Source of the DNA: Salpingoeca rosetta
Lineage: Eukaryota; Protista; Choanoflagellata
Reading direction: 5' to 3'
Assembly (NCBI GenBank): GCA_033442325.1
Contig: JAWQFM010000028.1
Span: 461,302-525,301, forward strand
DNA: 64,000 bases
Within the stretch, counting starts at the first letter, position 1. Each line of letters starts with the position of its first letter. The notes beneath the pieces are model-generated. The model saw only the letters and a list, made by a program, of their open reading frames with translations, was not told the DNA's origin and did not search any database. The position numbers and the translations under genes were made by a program. This document shows positions 37,592 to 49,050 of the stretch, piece after piece.

Positions 37592-40500
37592 ATGTGAGGG
37601 GTCGGAAGACATTTATTCACTTGTGATATTTCCACTTTTACCCTCCACAAACACAGTGCATACATGCACACACACACGCACACGCACACACACACACACA
37701 CACACACCTTGCCTGTCGCCATGGTGCAGGAATACACGGCTGCCTGCGGGGATGCGAAGAGACGCAATTGTGTCTGATGTGGAGGGATCCTCATGAAACT
37801 GTGCAGCCGTGACAACACGTCAGGATGTGAGGCACAATTAACAGCGAGTGGCAAGCAGTCACCACTGGGATTCATACGAACAACGACGCGCGTACACTTA
37901 CCCCAACACAAACTCAACACACACGCCCACTCATACGCACATGCTCTCGAGTGCAGGATGGAGGTTCTAGTGTAACTCACATGAAACAAGGAGGCAATGG
38001 GTGTTTGGTAGATGTTTGGAGCAGCGATGGTTGGCAGCTTGATCTCCCGTCCTTGAAAGTCTTCCTCGGAAAACGCAGACACGGAGGACGGCGCACTCTT
38101 GCTTGGCAGGTGCACGGAGGGCTGCAGCGCCAGTGCTTGCAGGCATTGCACCTGTCGTGAAAGCAAAAAAAGGAGAGGGGATGAGGACACCAAACACAGC
38201 AAACACACGCACACGCACGCGCACACACGCACGCACGCACACAGATATGAGGTGCTAAGTCGTTGGAACCTCAAACATCATTTGAACAGGAAGAGCAAAA
38301 CCATCAACCACCACGATCCAGCTTGCGTGCATCACCACCCCCAATCAATTGCTGCACCTGTGCGCCGTTTGTGAATGTTGACGCGTTGTTGGTTGAGCCA
38401 GCAAGGTCTGCAAGCACTTCATCGCACTTCCAGCCACCGTACAACACAGCCTGTGCAGTCACCAAGGCGAGTGCATGGGGGTGGTATTGGGTTAATAGTT
38501 GAGCAGCACAGGTGGACAAACAGCACCAGCAGCACCAGCAGCACCAGCAGTGGCCAAAGCATATTTCTTCACAAATGACACATACACACGCACACACAAA
38601 ATACACACACAAACAACAAACATGACGTACGTGATAGCCTGGCTTGAGGAGGATGGAGTGCACTGGCTGTCGGAGGCGATGCTTGCCGCAACACGAGAAG
38701 CCACTTGATCTGCCTCTCCACTCGCTGTCTGCAAACACGCGCAGCACATCCTTGTTGTGTGTGTGTGTGTGCGTGTGTGCGTGTGTGCGTGCGTGGGTGG
38801 GTGGGTGTGCAAGTACATGCTTTCAATGTGAATATATGGCGGAATGAAGGGCGATGCGTGGGTGTGACAAGCAGTCGTGATGTATGATCCATACGTGTCA
38901 CCCGTCAAGCCTCCAACAGCGATGCAAGTGCTGTGGGGCCAGACCTGGCGTTGTGACGACGATGCACTTGTGTGCGTTGACGAACGGCGCTGTCGTTTGT
39001 GTTCTTGCCCCTGCTGCTGTTGTCGTTGTTTCAGTTTTGCGCGTAGCTCTTCCACGCGTTCAATGTGTGCAGCTTCTGTGAAACGCCGAGCAGCACAACG
39101 GCCCATGGTTGGTTCATGCAGTGTCACCAATATTGTGTGTGTGTGTGTGTGTGTGTATGTGGAGTCACAGTCGATTCAACTGTGTGCATGATGTGGCTTC
39201 ACCTTTGCTTGTTGCTGCTCGTGTCTGCGATGAAGAAGGTGCATCCACAACGGATGGCTTGACGCGTGCCTCTGCCGGCTGCGCCAACAGCGCCAACATG
39301 TCGCCATGAAACACCTGTAAATATCAGGCCAAAGTACGCGACCGCGTGTCGGTGGTTGTGCTTGTGCGTGAGTGCACATGAGTGTGAAAGCAAATTTACA
39401 CGTGTACGTGTGAGAGGCTGCTGTCGAATGCACAGCACCACACGTGCAACAAGGCGGCACATGCTGACCTGAAAAGCGGAATCTTGACAGGGTGCCAGCC
39501 TCAGCGCTGTGCTGAGGGTGGCTCGCATATTTCCGTCCAGACACAAGTGCGGATACTGGAGCGACTGGATGGCATAGCCTTTCACCATCCCACCGCCTGC
39601 ATACACACATTCACCAGCAAACATACGCCACAACAACAAACATGCATGCACACAGTGCCAGTGTGCAAGAAACAAGGTGTTGTGTCACTGAACGCGCATC
39701 CGTAGCCTAATGGCGCAAAGCCCAGATCAGGCAGTCGCATCAAACTGTCTTACGTTCGGCAAACGATGTCTTGAAGATGTAGAAGCGCTGCAGAGCGGAA
39801 GATGAGCATGGTGCAAGATGAACAGATGCGGTTTCTTCCAAACTGTCCACTGATGCCCACACGCACACACACACACACGCACAGAAAGGCTGGGGTGAGG
39901 GTAGAGACGATCATGATCGTTCTTGGTCAGACGGTGCAGGGTATTAGGTGTAGCCATGCAGCCATATGTTTGCGTGCATGCGTGGCGTGTCACAGCACCA
40001 CACCTGCTGCGTCGATGGCGACACACGAAGGCGAGTCTTCCAGCCGCAAGACGATCGCGTTGATGTCTTCTGGTTGGGGCTGCAGTGCCCACCACTGATC
40101 TGCACTGTCCACGTGACAAGGATGCAGCTGCACTCCGCCTGCCGTGCAGCGGTGCGTACACCAGGGACACAGAGGTAAGGAGATAGGTTGCACCATGAGC
40201 AGCACTTTGGGCTGCTTTGCATCACACATGGGCATGTGTATCTGCAGAGAGTCCATGCACAAGCATGCACAAGCATGCGCACGCACGCACGCAGGCATAG
40301 CAGACACGCAAGCACACATGCACACGCAAGCACACAAGCAAGCACACACGCATGCACACAAGCTTGCACACAAGCAAGCACGCATATGCACACACACGCC
40401 ACATCAGTCCTCACCGTGATGGGTTGCTTGCAAGCAAGCCCGCATGCCGCCGTGCAACCGTAGCTGCGTTGCTGGAACCCCAAACCCGTCATCCTGTTGC

Positions 40501-40619
40501 CGAGGCCGCCGGGCGCGCTGATGCGGGTGCGCTGCGGTTGTTGCACCGCTGCTGCTTCCACAACCCGTTGATGCCACCACAACTGCCAGCACCACCAGCC
40601 ACACAACGATGTGCGCCAT
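31392..40619 (-). CDS. Signal-peptide-bearing mosaic protein: ricin-B lectin, beta/gamma-crystallin-like repeats, EGF-like, TPR and J domain (DNAJC3/P58IPK-like C-terminus); ~23 exons, ~1,500 aa
   Basis: Reading frame traced across phase-compatible GT-AG introns from ATG 40619 (MAHIVVWLVVLAVVVASTGC) to TAG 31392. J domain KDYYSILGVPK|GASTAVIRRAYRRLVRVWHPDK...FLDIVE|AYEVLMDDELRAAYDKG, with HPD at 32390-32398. Confidence 0.75.
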
Positions 40620-40713
40620 TGTCGTCTTGCACACAATTCGAACCGTTGCGCCAAAATATTTATGCTGTCGCGCTGTCCTTCTTCAACGGAGCCGCTGTTC
40701 GCGGTCAACAGTG
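40620..40713. promoter_or_regulatory. Putative bidirectional promoter (94 bp between divergent ATGs)
   Basis: ATG of the lectin/J gene at 40619 (-) and ATG of the sulfotransferase-like gene at 40714 (+); contains an AT-rich patch GCGCCAAAATATTTAT. Confidence 0.45.
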
Positions 40714-40871
40714 ATGGTTGTGGTGTTCGTGCTTGCGCTTGTGGTGATGGTGGTGGTGGGGCTGATGGTGGAGGACGTGGATGGTGTGCCGTTAAGCCTG
40801 AGCCAGAACAACCAGCTTGTCTTTGTGATTGGCGTCCAATATGAGTGAGTCCGAGTTCCTTGCCTGCATGC

Positions 40872-40913
<42 letters not shown>

Positions 40914-41170
40914 TAGAGCGTGTGTGTGTGTGTATGTGTGTGTGTGTGTGTGTGCGTGTGTGTGTGTGTGTCGGTTGCAACAGGAACTGCACCGCGTTCA
41001 TGATGCTGCTGCTTCCAGTCGCCACACTTACCAACTTGACTCACCACACCACCAACCTTCAAACCCCAACTGGACAGGGCCATCATGCATGTTATGGACA
41101 TCCTCGGCCAGCACCCAGAAGTGTCTCTTCTGTCAGGTGTGTGCGTGTGCATGCGCTTGTGTGCATGTGC

Positions 41171-41214
<44 letters not shown>

Positions 41215-43037
41215 CCATAACCGTGCTCTCCTCCAACTCAACCAGTTTGACCTTGCTCGGGTACAGGCACTGGGAAGCCAAAGAACGATGCGCAACACTT
41301 GCAGAATGTATGGTTTGTGCACTGGCAAACGTGCCTCCGCTGCGTGAGTGCGTGGTGGCGTTGGTTCTGTCGTCCCTCGCACACGTGCCTTATGCTCACG
41401 CTTACCACAAGCACCTTGATGCCTTTTTCGCGTCCACTCGACCAGGTCTTCAAGACAGCGCACGAGCTGGGCGGCATGCTGTCATTCTCCTTTCACGATG
41501 AGGCGCATATGACGGAGAAATCGGAGCTGTTCACAGACGACAGCAGACTTGCGCTCCTCGGTAGCTGGCGCGACCACTGGGACCTGGATAAGCCCCTTTT
41601 AGCACTCCAGTCCCCCCGTTTTGCCACCATGACGCGCTACCTCCAGGTCGTATCTGCGTGTGTGTATGTTTGTGTCTGTGTGTGCGTGTATGTATGTTTA
41701 CGTGCCTGCCTGTCTGTATGTATCCGTGTGTGTGTCAGTGTGCCTTGTAATGCAATCGCATGTGCTCGTGCTTGCACTCTATTCACCTCCCCACCTTCCC
41801 TCCGTCTCCGTACCATCATCTTCCCACCCACCAACAAAACTGCACCGCGCTTCCCCCCCCCACACACAGGCGCTGTTTGGGGAGGATAACACCAAGTTTG
41901 TCGTGGTGCTGCAACATCCGTTGCATGCATGGCGGCCTGCCCTGAACATGTATTGGCAGCAGGCGGCGCTGTCGTGTGGCAAACCGTTTGTGCAGCAGTG
42001 GGTGCACATTCACCAGACACTTGAGGAGGACATGGCGCACCTCAAGCATGTGCACGTCGTGCGATACGAAGACCTCGTGCCAGCGTCACACGTGCCAACG
42101 CCAGATAACCAGCTGCACCAGTACAACCGCGAACCAGCGTTCAAATTCCGTGGCGCAGGCGCTGGCTGGAGACAGGGACAGGGACTCATGCAGGCACCGC
42201 GGTTCACATCACTAGCGCAGCAACAGCGGCAACAGCAGCAGGTTCTCAACAGCCTCTTCCACTTTCTTCGCGTCTCTCGGCCCGTTGCTCTCTGGACTTC
42301 GTTTCAAGACTCTGCCATCCTCAACCACAGGTAGGGTTGGACGTTATGTTGTGTGTGTGTGTGTCTGCCTGTGTGTGTGTGTGTGCGTCTGCCTGTGTGT
42401 GTGTGTGTGTGTGTGTGTCTGCCTGTGTGTGTGTGTGTGTGTGTGTNNNNNNNNNNNNNNNNNNNNNNNNNNNNNNNNNNNNNNNNNNNNNNNNNNNNNN
42501 NNNNNNNNNNNNNNNNNNNNNNNNNNNNNNNNNNNNNNNNNNNNNNNNNNNNNNNNNNNNNNNNNNNNNNNNNNNNNNNNNNNNNNNNNNNNNNNNNNNN
42601 NNNNNNNNNNNNNNNNNNNNNNNNNNNNNNNNNNNNNNNNNNNNNNNNNNNNNNNNNNNNNNNNNNNNNNNNNNNNNNNNNNNNNNNNNNNNNNNNNNNN
42701 NNNNNNNNNNNNNNNNNNNNNNNNNNNNNNNNNNNNNNNNNNNNNNNNNNNNNNNNNNNNNNNNNNNNNNNNNNNNNNNNNNNNNNNNNNNNNNNNNNNN
42801 NNNNNNNNNNNNNNNNNNNNNNNNNNNNNNNNNNNNNNNNNNNNNNNNNNNNNNNNNNNNNNNNNNNNNNNNNNNNNNNNNNNNNNNNNNNNNNNNNNNN
42901 NNNNNNNNNNNNNNNNNNNNNNNNNNNNNNNNNNNNNNNNNTTGTTGTTCCATGTGTGTGTGTGTGTGTGGGGGGGGGGGGGGGCACTGATGCAAGTGTT
43001 GGTTAAGTTGTTGTTGTTGTTGTTGTTGTTGTTTAAG

Positions 43038-43096
<59 letters not shown>

Positions 43097-43158
43097 AACG
43101 CAGGAGAATTAAACGATTTCGAAACGTAGCACATCAACGGCGTCAAGGTGTAACATAA
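40714..43158 (+). CDS. Sulfotransferase-fold (Sulfotransfer_3-like) protein with N-terminal signal/anchor and degenerate PAPS motifs; 3' end uncertain (gap)
   Basis: Spliced: MVVVFVLALVVMVVVGLMV...LVFVIGVQYE|AIMHVMDILGQHPEVSLLS|GTGKPKNDAQHLQN|VFKTAHELGG...WRDHWDLDKPLLALQSPRFATMTRYLQ|ALFGEDNTKFVVVLQHP...VHVVRYEDLV. Follows the layout VFxxG..SGT..L..HP / EKSP / RHP / VRYEDL. Confidence 0.7.
42447..42941. other. Assembly gap (N-run)
   Basis: Run of N following a (GT)n tract. Confidence 0.99.
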
Positions 43159-43475
43159 CACAAGCAGAACCAAAAGCAAGGCACGTAACGACGGCAAACA
43201 AAGGGTCAATACAGGAGGGGGGGGGGTCAAAGAAAAGGTCAGCAAAACATAGAAGAACGCGAAGCGCAACAACAAACCAGATCGCAACAACAAACACACT
43301 GCGCAACTCCATGGCACGAGCAGCAGACAAAAGAAAGGAACGCACACAGCAGAATGACTGGAGCCATAGCACTAACAGCAAAAAAGAACAAAACACAGCA
43401 ACATAACAACGGTGCATGCTCGGGAAGACGTTCCATGTGACACGCACATGTGTGGAGATTGACTTGACTTGGTGG

Positions 43476-46400
43476 CTACATTGGCTGATTGGAAGCAACA
43501 TTGCTACTGCTGGTAACGCTGGTGCTACGTGTGGCCAGAGACACGAGGCGAGGGTGGATCTGCGCAAATGTCGGCCGCTGCGACGGGTATTGCGCCATGC
43601 ACTCTTGGGCCAGGCTCTGGTACCACGTGGGCGTGCTCCCTGCATTACAATACACGAGAAATTATATGAACGCACGGAAACAAAGCACGGTGGAGTGAGA
43701 ACTGCAACGCAATCTGTACCGTAGATACAGACACCATTTACAGCTTCCATGCACATGTAATGTGACATGAACATAACTTTTGGACAAACACAACAAACAA
43801 ACACAACAACAAACATAACAGACAAACAGACAAAACACAGAAACACGCATCTGCACGCGCTCACACGCATGCACACACATACATACACTCACATTCACAT
43901 ACATACACATCCACAACACATCCACTCACATCCACAACACATCCACAGACAATTCCCCCCCCCAAACACACACACAAAATCAACACACCCTTTGCGTCAA
44001 AGTTGAGGCGCTTGCCCTGTGACAGCAAGGTAAACAGGCGTGCCATCATTGGCCCAGCGAAATTGGGTCCAACTTCCTGCTCAATCAAATCAGGCACGTG
44101 CTCCATTTCAATCTCCCACAGCAGCACCCCAAAGCTGAACACGTCCGCCTTTCCATCGTACTTGCCACCATCCAGCACCTCCGGTGCCATGTACATGGGC
44201 GTGCCCACAGCAATGGTGTGGTTCACCACGCGGCTCAGCGTTTGCGTGCACAGCTGGCGGTCGTACACCACGTCCCCAGGAACCTCCTTCTGGTCATCGT
44301 GATGCTGGCCGCTGCCGCCACCAGCGTGATCATCGCCATCGTCATCGTATTCACCGCTGGCTGTGCCCTTGCTGCCTTTTGTTTTGCGGAACAAGTGCGT
44401 TGCCCTGCGCAGTCGGGACCGCAGCGGCGCCACGCGCTTGGCTGTGATGCGCTGGGTGATTGTGCCAAAGTCTGTGATCTTGGCGCGGAGGCTGGTCGAC
44501 ACAAGCACGTTTCCGCTCTTCAAGTCCCTGCGAGAAGGACAAGGCAGCAAATGTGTGGAGCAGGAGACGGACGATACATATGATGAGGGATCGTGGCTCG
44601 GGCCGCGTTTGGCACAGCAGCACATTGCTCACATGGGTCGACAAGACACGCAAAACGGAGAAACGGGCACGTGCGTGTTTGAAGACGATTGCGCGTGTAC
44701 AAACACACGCACAGGCACATGCGTGTACCCACACGCACAGGTGCATGCGTGTACCCACACGCACAGGTGCATGCGTGTACCCACACGCCCACACACGCCC
44801 ACACACAAGCAGACACGCGCAAAATAAACGCACACACACACACACCTACACAAACACACACAAGCAGACATGCGCACACACAAACACACACAAGCAGACA
44901 TGCGCAAAAAACGCACACACATACACACCAACACAAACACACACACACAAACACACACAAACACACACACAAATACACACGTATACGCACCTGTGCAGCT
45001 GGCCCAGCTTGTGAATGAAAGCCATGCCGCTAGCCACGTCCTGTGCAAGACGAAGCTTTAGACTCTGCAGTGTGAGGGAGCGCACAAAGACGCAGCCATC
45101 AGCCTCATCGTGCTGGGCCAAGCCATGCTCGCTGTCCTGTGTGTCGGTGGCGTTGAAGTGGCGCAGCGCGGCAGCGAGGCCACCGTCCTCAAGCAGCTGG
45201 CGCAGGGAGCCCAACTGGACAAACTCAATCACAAGGAAGGGGACGCCCGTGCCGGGCTGCTGGCCAGCACCAAAGAAGCGAACCAGGTTTGGGTGGCGTG
45301 TTCGTTGCAGGAACTCCACCTCCTTCTCAAAGTCTTGCATGCTGGCGCCATCGTCCAGCAGCAAAATGGCCTGCCTTGGAATCTTCACTGCCACGTGCAC
45401 GGCATCCCACTGGCCCTCCCACACCTCACCAAACCCGCCACTCGCCACCACGCGCAGCAGCTGCAGCTCGGAAAACTCAATCTCCCACACGGCCTTGAGC
45501 GCCAGCACCTCTGCATCCTTCTCCTCCAGCAGCTGCTCCTTCAACGCGTTGTCCACGCGCAGGCGGCGGTGGTCGCGGTAGGCGCGGTGCACGGCATAAG
45601 CAAGCCCTTGCACACCCAAAACCGCAGCCAGTGTGGCGAGCACAATGGTGACGGTGTCCTTGCGGGGCTTACACTTGCCATCAACGTTGCGATAGCCGCC
45701 GGCGCAGCTGCACTTGAACTGGTAGGTGGTGCGATCCTGCAGCGCTGTTAGGTGGCTCAGCAGGCGTGTTCGGCGTGCAGACACGCGCAGCTTGCAGGTG
45801 ATTGCCGTGTTGGCGAGCTGCAGGATGGGAATGGCCTTGCTGTTGTCCAAGTTGACAAAGTTCAGGTCCTGCACGCCCTCACTGGCGAGCGCGGTGAGGT
45901 ACGCCGTCGGGGCCTCGATGAACTTGGGCGAATTGATCCACTCGTTGTCACTCAGGTCTAGCAGCTCGATGTCGCTGAAGGAGAGGCAGCGGCGCAGCAG
46001 TGAGTGTGTTCTTTCTTGGGATTGAGCGTCCTTGTTCATCCAATCACGAGCCACTACAACGCGGCTGCCCCATGCGCGGCACAGTCCGCGTGACACGGGG
46101 AATTGGGTTTTGCTGATGTCCAACACCTCAACAGAGGGCGCTTCAAACTGCGTCAGGCTCGTGCTCCCAGACAGGTTGAGGTGCTGTAGTGGAGAGAACA
46201 CGGCGCCCTCCCGCAGCATCGTGTTGTCCTGTAAGAGGACGTTGTTGAACTGGCGGTCAGGGCAGAGGTCAAGCCTCGTGTAGCTGGTACCGGTGAGTTG
46301 CAGTGTGCTGACACTGGGCGCGAGAGCCCCGCAGATTGCTTTGAGGGGGACTGTGCTTTCGTTCATGCCAGGCCAGCCAAGCCCCAGGGACTCGAGCATA

Positions 46401-48832
46401 ATGCCCGATGTCCGCCGTTGTGAGAGCAAGCGCGTCGCCAGCTGCTCCACGTCAACGTTGCGCACGTCGACGAACCGAAGCATGGGTGGCACGGTAACGC
46501 TTTCGCCAATACTGATGGTTGCCTTGCCCATCAGTTCCGGTGCAGGGCTCACCTCCAGGCGCGTGAGGTTGGTGAGCGCTAGAAGGGGTGAAATGTCAAG
46601 GTGTTTGATGTGGTGGTTGTTGAAGAAGAGCTCTTCAAGGTCCACGAGCCGCTCAAAGTTGGGTACATGTTTGATGGGGTTTCCGTTGAGGCGTAAGGAC
46701 TTGAGCTGGGCCAGGGTGTCTGGTAGGTCGAACTTCTCCACTCTGTTGTTGGCCAGGCTGAAATGCAGAAGACTGGGCACATTGACGAAGCTGCCCTTTT
46801 CAACAGCCTGGACGTTGTTGTCGCTGACGTCAAAGATGCGCAAGTTCTCGTGGTTGCTGAGCAGCTTGTGGGAGAGCTTTGTCAAGGCGTTTGCTTGCAA
46901 GTAGAGCACCTCCAGCGCAGGAAGACTATCTAGTAGGCTGTCGTTGATGCACTCGATCTTGTTCTCCGTGATTTCAATGCGGGTAAGTCTCCGCAAGCCT
47001 GTCCCGAACCACGCGCTGCTGAGCTCGGTCAATTCGTTTCGTGAGAGGTCCAATCGCTCAAGGTTGGTCAGGCCCGCGAATGCCTCGGCTTCGATGGTCT
47101 TAAGCGTTCCCCGGAACAATGAGAGCTCTCGCAGGTTCGTGGCGTGGGCCAGAAGGTCAGTGGACACGGTGGAAAGCTGCAGGAATGTCAAGTTCAGCTC
47201 CCTGAGCTGGGTTTGATGTAAAAAGAAATCGTCCCGGAGATACTGGATCGGGTTGCCCCCAATGTCCAATTTGCGCAGCTGAGTGAGCGTTTGCAGCAAG
47301 CCAGGCTTCAGTTCGGTGATGTCATTGCCATGCAGCGTGAGGGTTTTGAGAGCGGCGTTGCTCACGAACGCATCCTCATGCACGCTGGTGAGGTGATTGT
47401 ATAGCAGCACGAGCTCTTCCACCTTGGTCAGGGGAGCGAACATGCTGGCATCGACAATGGTGATCTGGTTGTTGTCCAAGCGCACATGTGTCAGGGCGTC
47501 CATGTCGTGAAATACGGTCTCTGCAGCAACATGTCGAAGTCGGCTGTGGCTGACTGTGAGGGATTGCAGGAATGGAGCCCGCGCGAATGGCGCGCCATTT
47601 GCACTTGTATTCAGCTGCACAACTGAGCTGTCTTTGATCTCGATGGCTGTCAAGTTGGTGAGCGGGTTGAGCGTGCTGAGGAAGAAGGTGTCGGTGACCA
47701 GCTGCTGCAGTGTGATGGTGGCGACGCTGCTCCAATTGCCCAGCTCAAGTATGGTGCGCACCACGTCTGTGCTGAGCTCGTTTTGCGCTGGATCTTCGCC
47801 TCTTAGAATCAAGTGGTGGGTTGCAACTGTCTCAGACAGTATGCGTATTGGGTTGTGGCTCGTATTGAAGACGGCAAGGTCCTCGCTTGCTTTTGTTGCA
47901 TCCTTGACCGTGAGGACAAGCCGTGGATGATCGATGAGCGTCGATTGTAGAACACATAAGTCGCCCACAACTCTCTGTAGTGAGCACTCCAGAGTATCTC
48001 CCCGGGGTTGGCGGGAACGGGCTTGGGTAGCAGGGGTAGTGGTGACAGGGGTGGCAGCAGGGGTGGCGGCGGTGGTGGTGGCAGGGGTGGCAGAAGTTGT
48101 GTGGCTCGTGGATGCTGAAGAGGATGGTGTGGATTCGTTGAGAGCCCTGCGATGCTTCTGGTGGTGGAGGTGGTTCCAGTCCTGACGGTCAGCCACACCG
48201 TTGCCCTTGCCTGGCACTGGATTGAGATTGCCGTCTGTGTCAGCCGTGCTTTCCTTGCTGGTGTCCATGCGTGGGCGCAAACCGTCCCCTGCATCCGGCT
48301 GCAGTGTGCGCCTCGTGTTCAACAGGACAGGGTTGCAAAACGCAGCCACAATGTCCTGGAGCGCGGCCAACTCCTCGTCGTGTGCTCTCTTCACAGCTTT
48401 CGGTGTGGGAGTGACGAGCCAATCACCGTCTTCCTCTTCGGCGCCTGGGCGCGCGTTCTTGGGTCCCTGTGCTTGGTTGGCTGAAGAGAGGCGCGCCAGA
48501 GCGTGGCGTGCACGGCCACACAGCCTTGCATGGCGATCGCAGCCAACGCGCAAAACGGACAACGGCGAGGCTGGTGAATCCTCTGCCTCGTTCTCAGTGC
48601 AAATCCCATCGAAAATGGCGTGGGCGGGTTCTTCTCCTTGACTGAGACGACGAAGGCCTGGGTCTGCTTGTGCTTCTCGTTCTCGATGAGCGTGGAACTG
48701 TGGGAGCTGGGGGACGACGGGGGAGCTTGGCTTGTCGACTGATGCTGGAAAGGACAGGTGTTGGGCGGTGGCGGCTGCCACCACCAACAACAAGCAGAAG
48801 AGCGCCAACAACAACTTCTTGCTTGCGGGCAT
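43476..48832 (-). CDS. LRR receptor-like TKL protein kinase, 3 exons (48832-44991, 44527-43989, 43639-43476)
   Basis: Signal peptide MPASKKLLLALFCLLLVVAAATA; many LxxLxLxxN repeats; EGF-like CSCAGGYRNVDGKC; TM TIVLATLAAVLGVQGLAYAV; kinase motifs SGGFGEV, VAVK, HR|DLKSGN, DFG, GTPMYMAPE, DVFSFGVLLWE, RPTF. Confidence 0.92.
44705..44790. repeat. 28-bp intronic minisatellite x3
   Basis: Near-identical units of acgcacaggtgcatgcgtgtacccacac in kinase intron 1. Confidence 0.75.
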
Positions 48833-49050
48833 CGTTGTTGTGACGGTTGGTTGAAAATGTCCACAAATCTTCGTCACTTGGAAATATGCGGTTTGTGGTG
48901 TCGGTTACAGTTCACTTCCCGAGCTGCTGCTGCGACCGCTGTTGCTTTTTGTTGATTTGACCGCCGTCCGCCGTCCGCTCTCGACGAACACCAACCAACC
49001 AAACCACCCACCCCCTCGCGCATCATTTTCATCAGCACCAATTATTGGTG

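Noticed and set aside
44846-48877. ORF-track start and end for the kinase
   Set aside because: The start at 48877 is a GTG; the ATG at 48832 directly precedes the signal peptide, and the 3' end reads into an intron after 44991.
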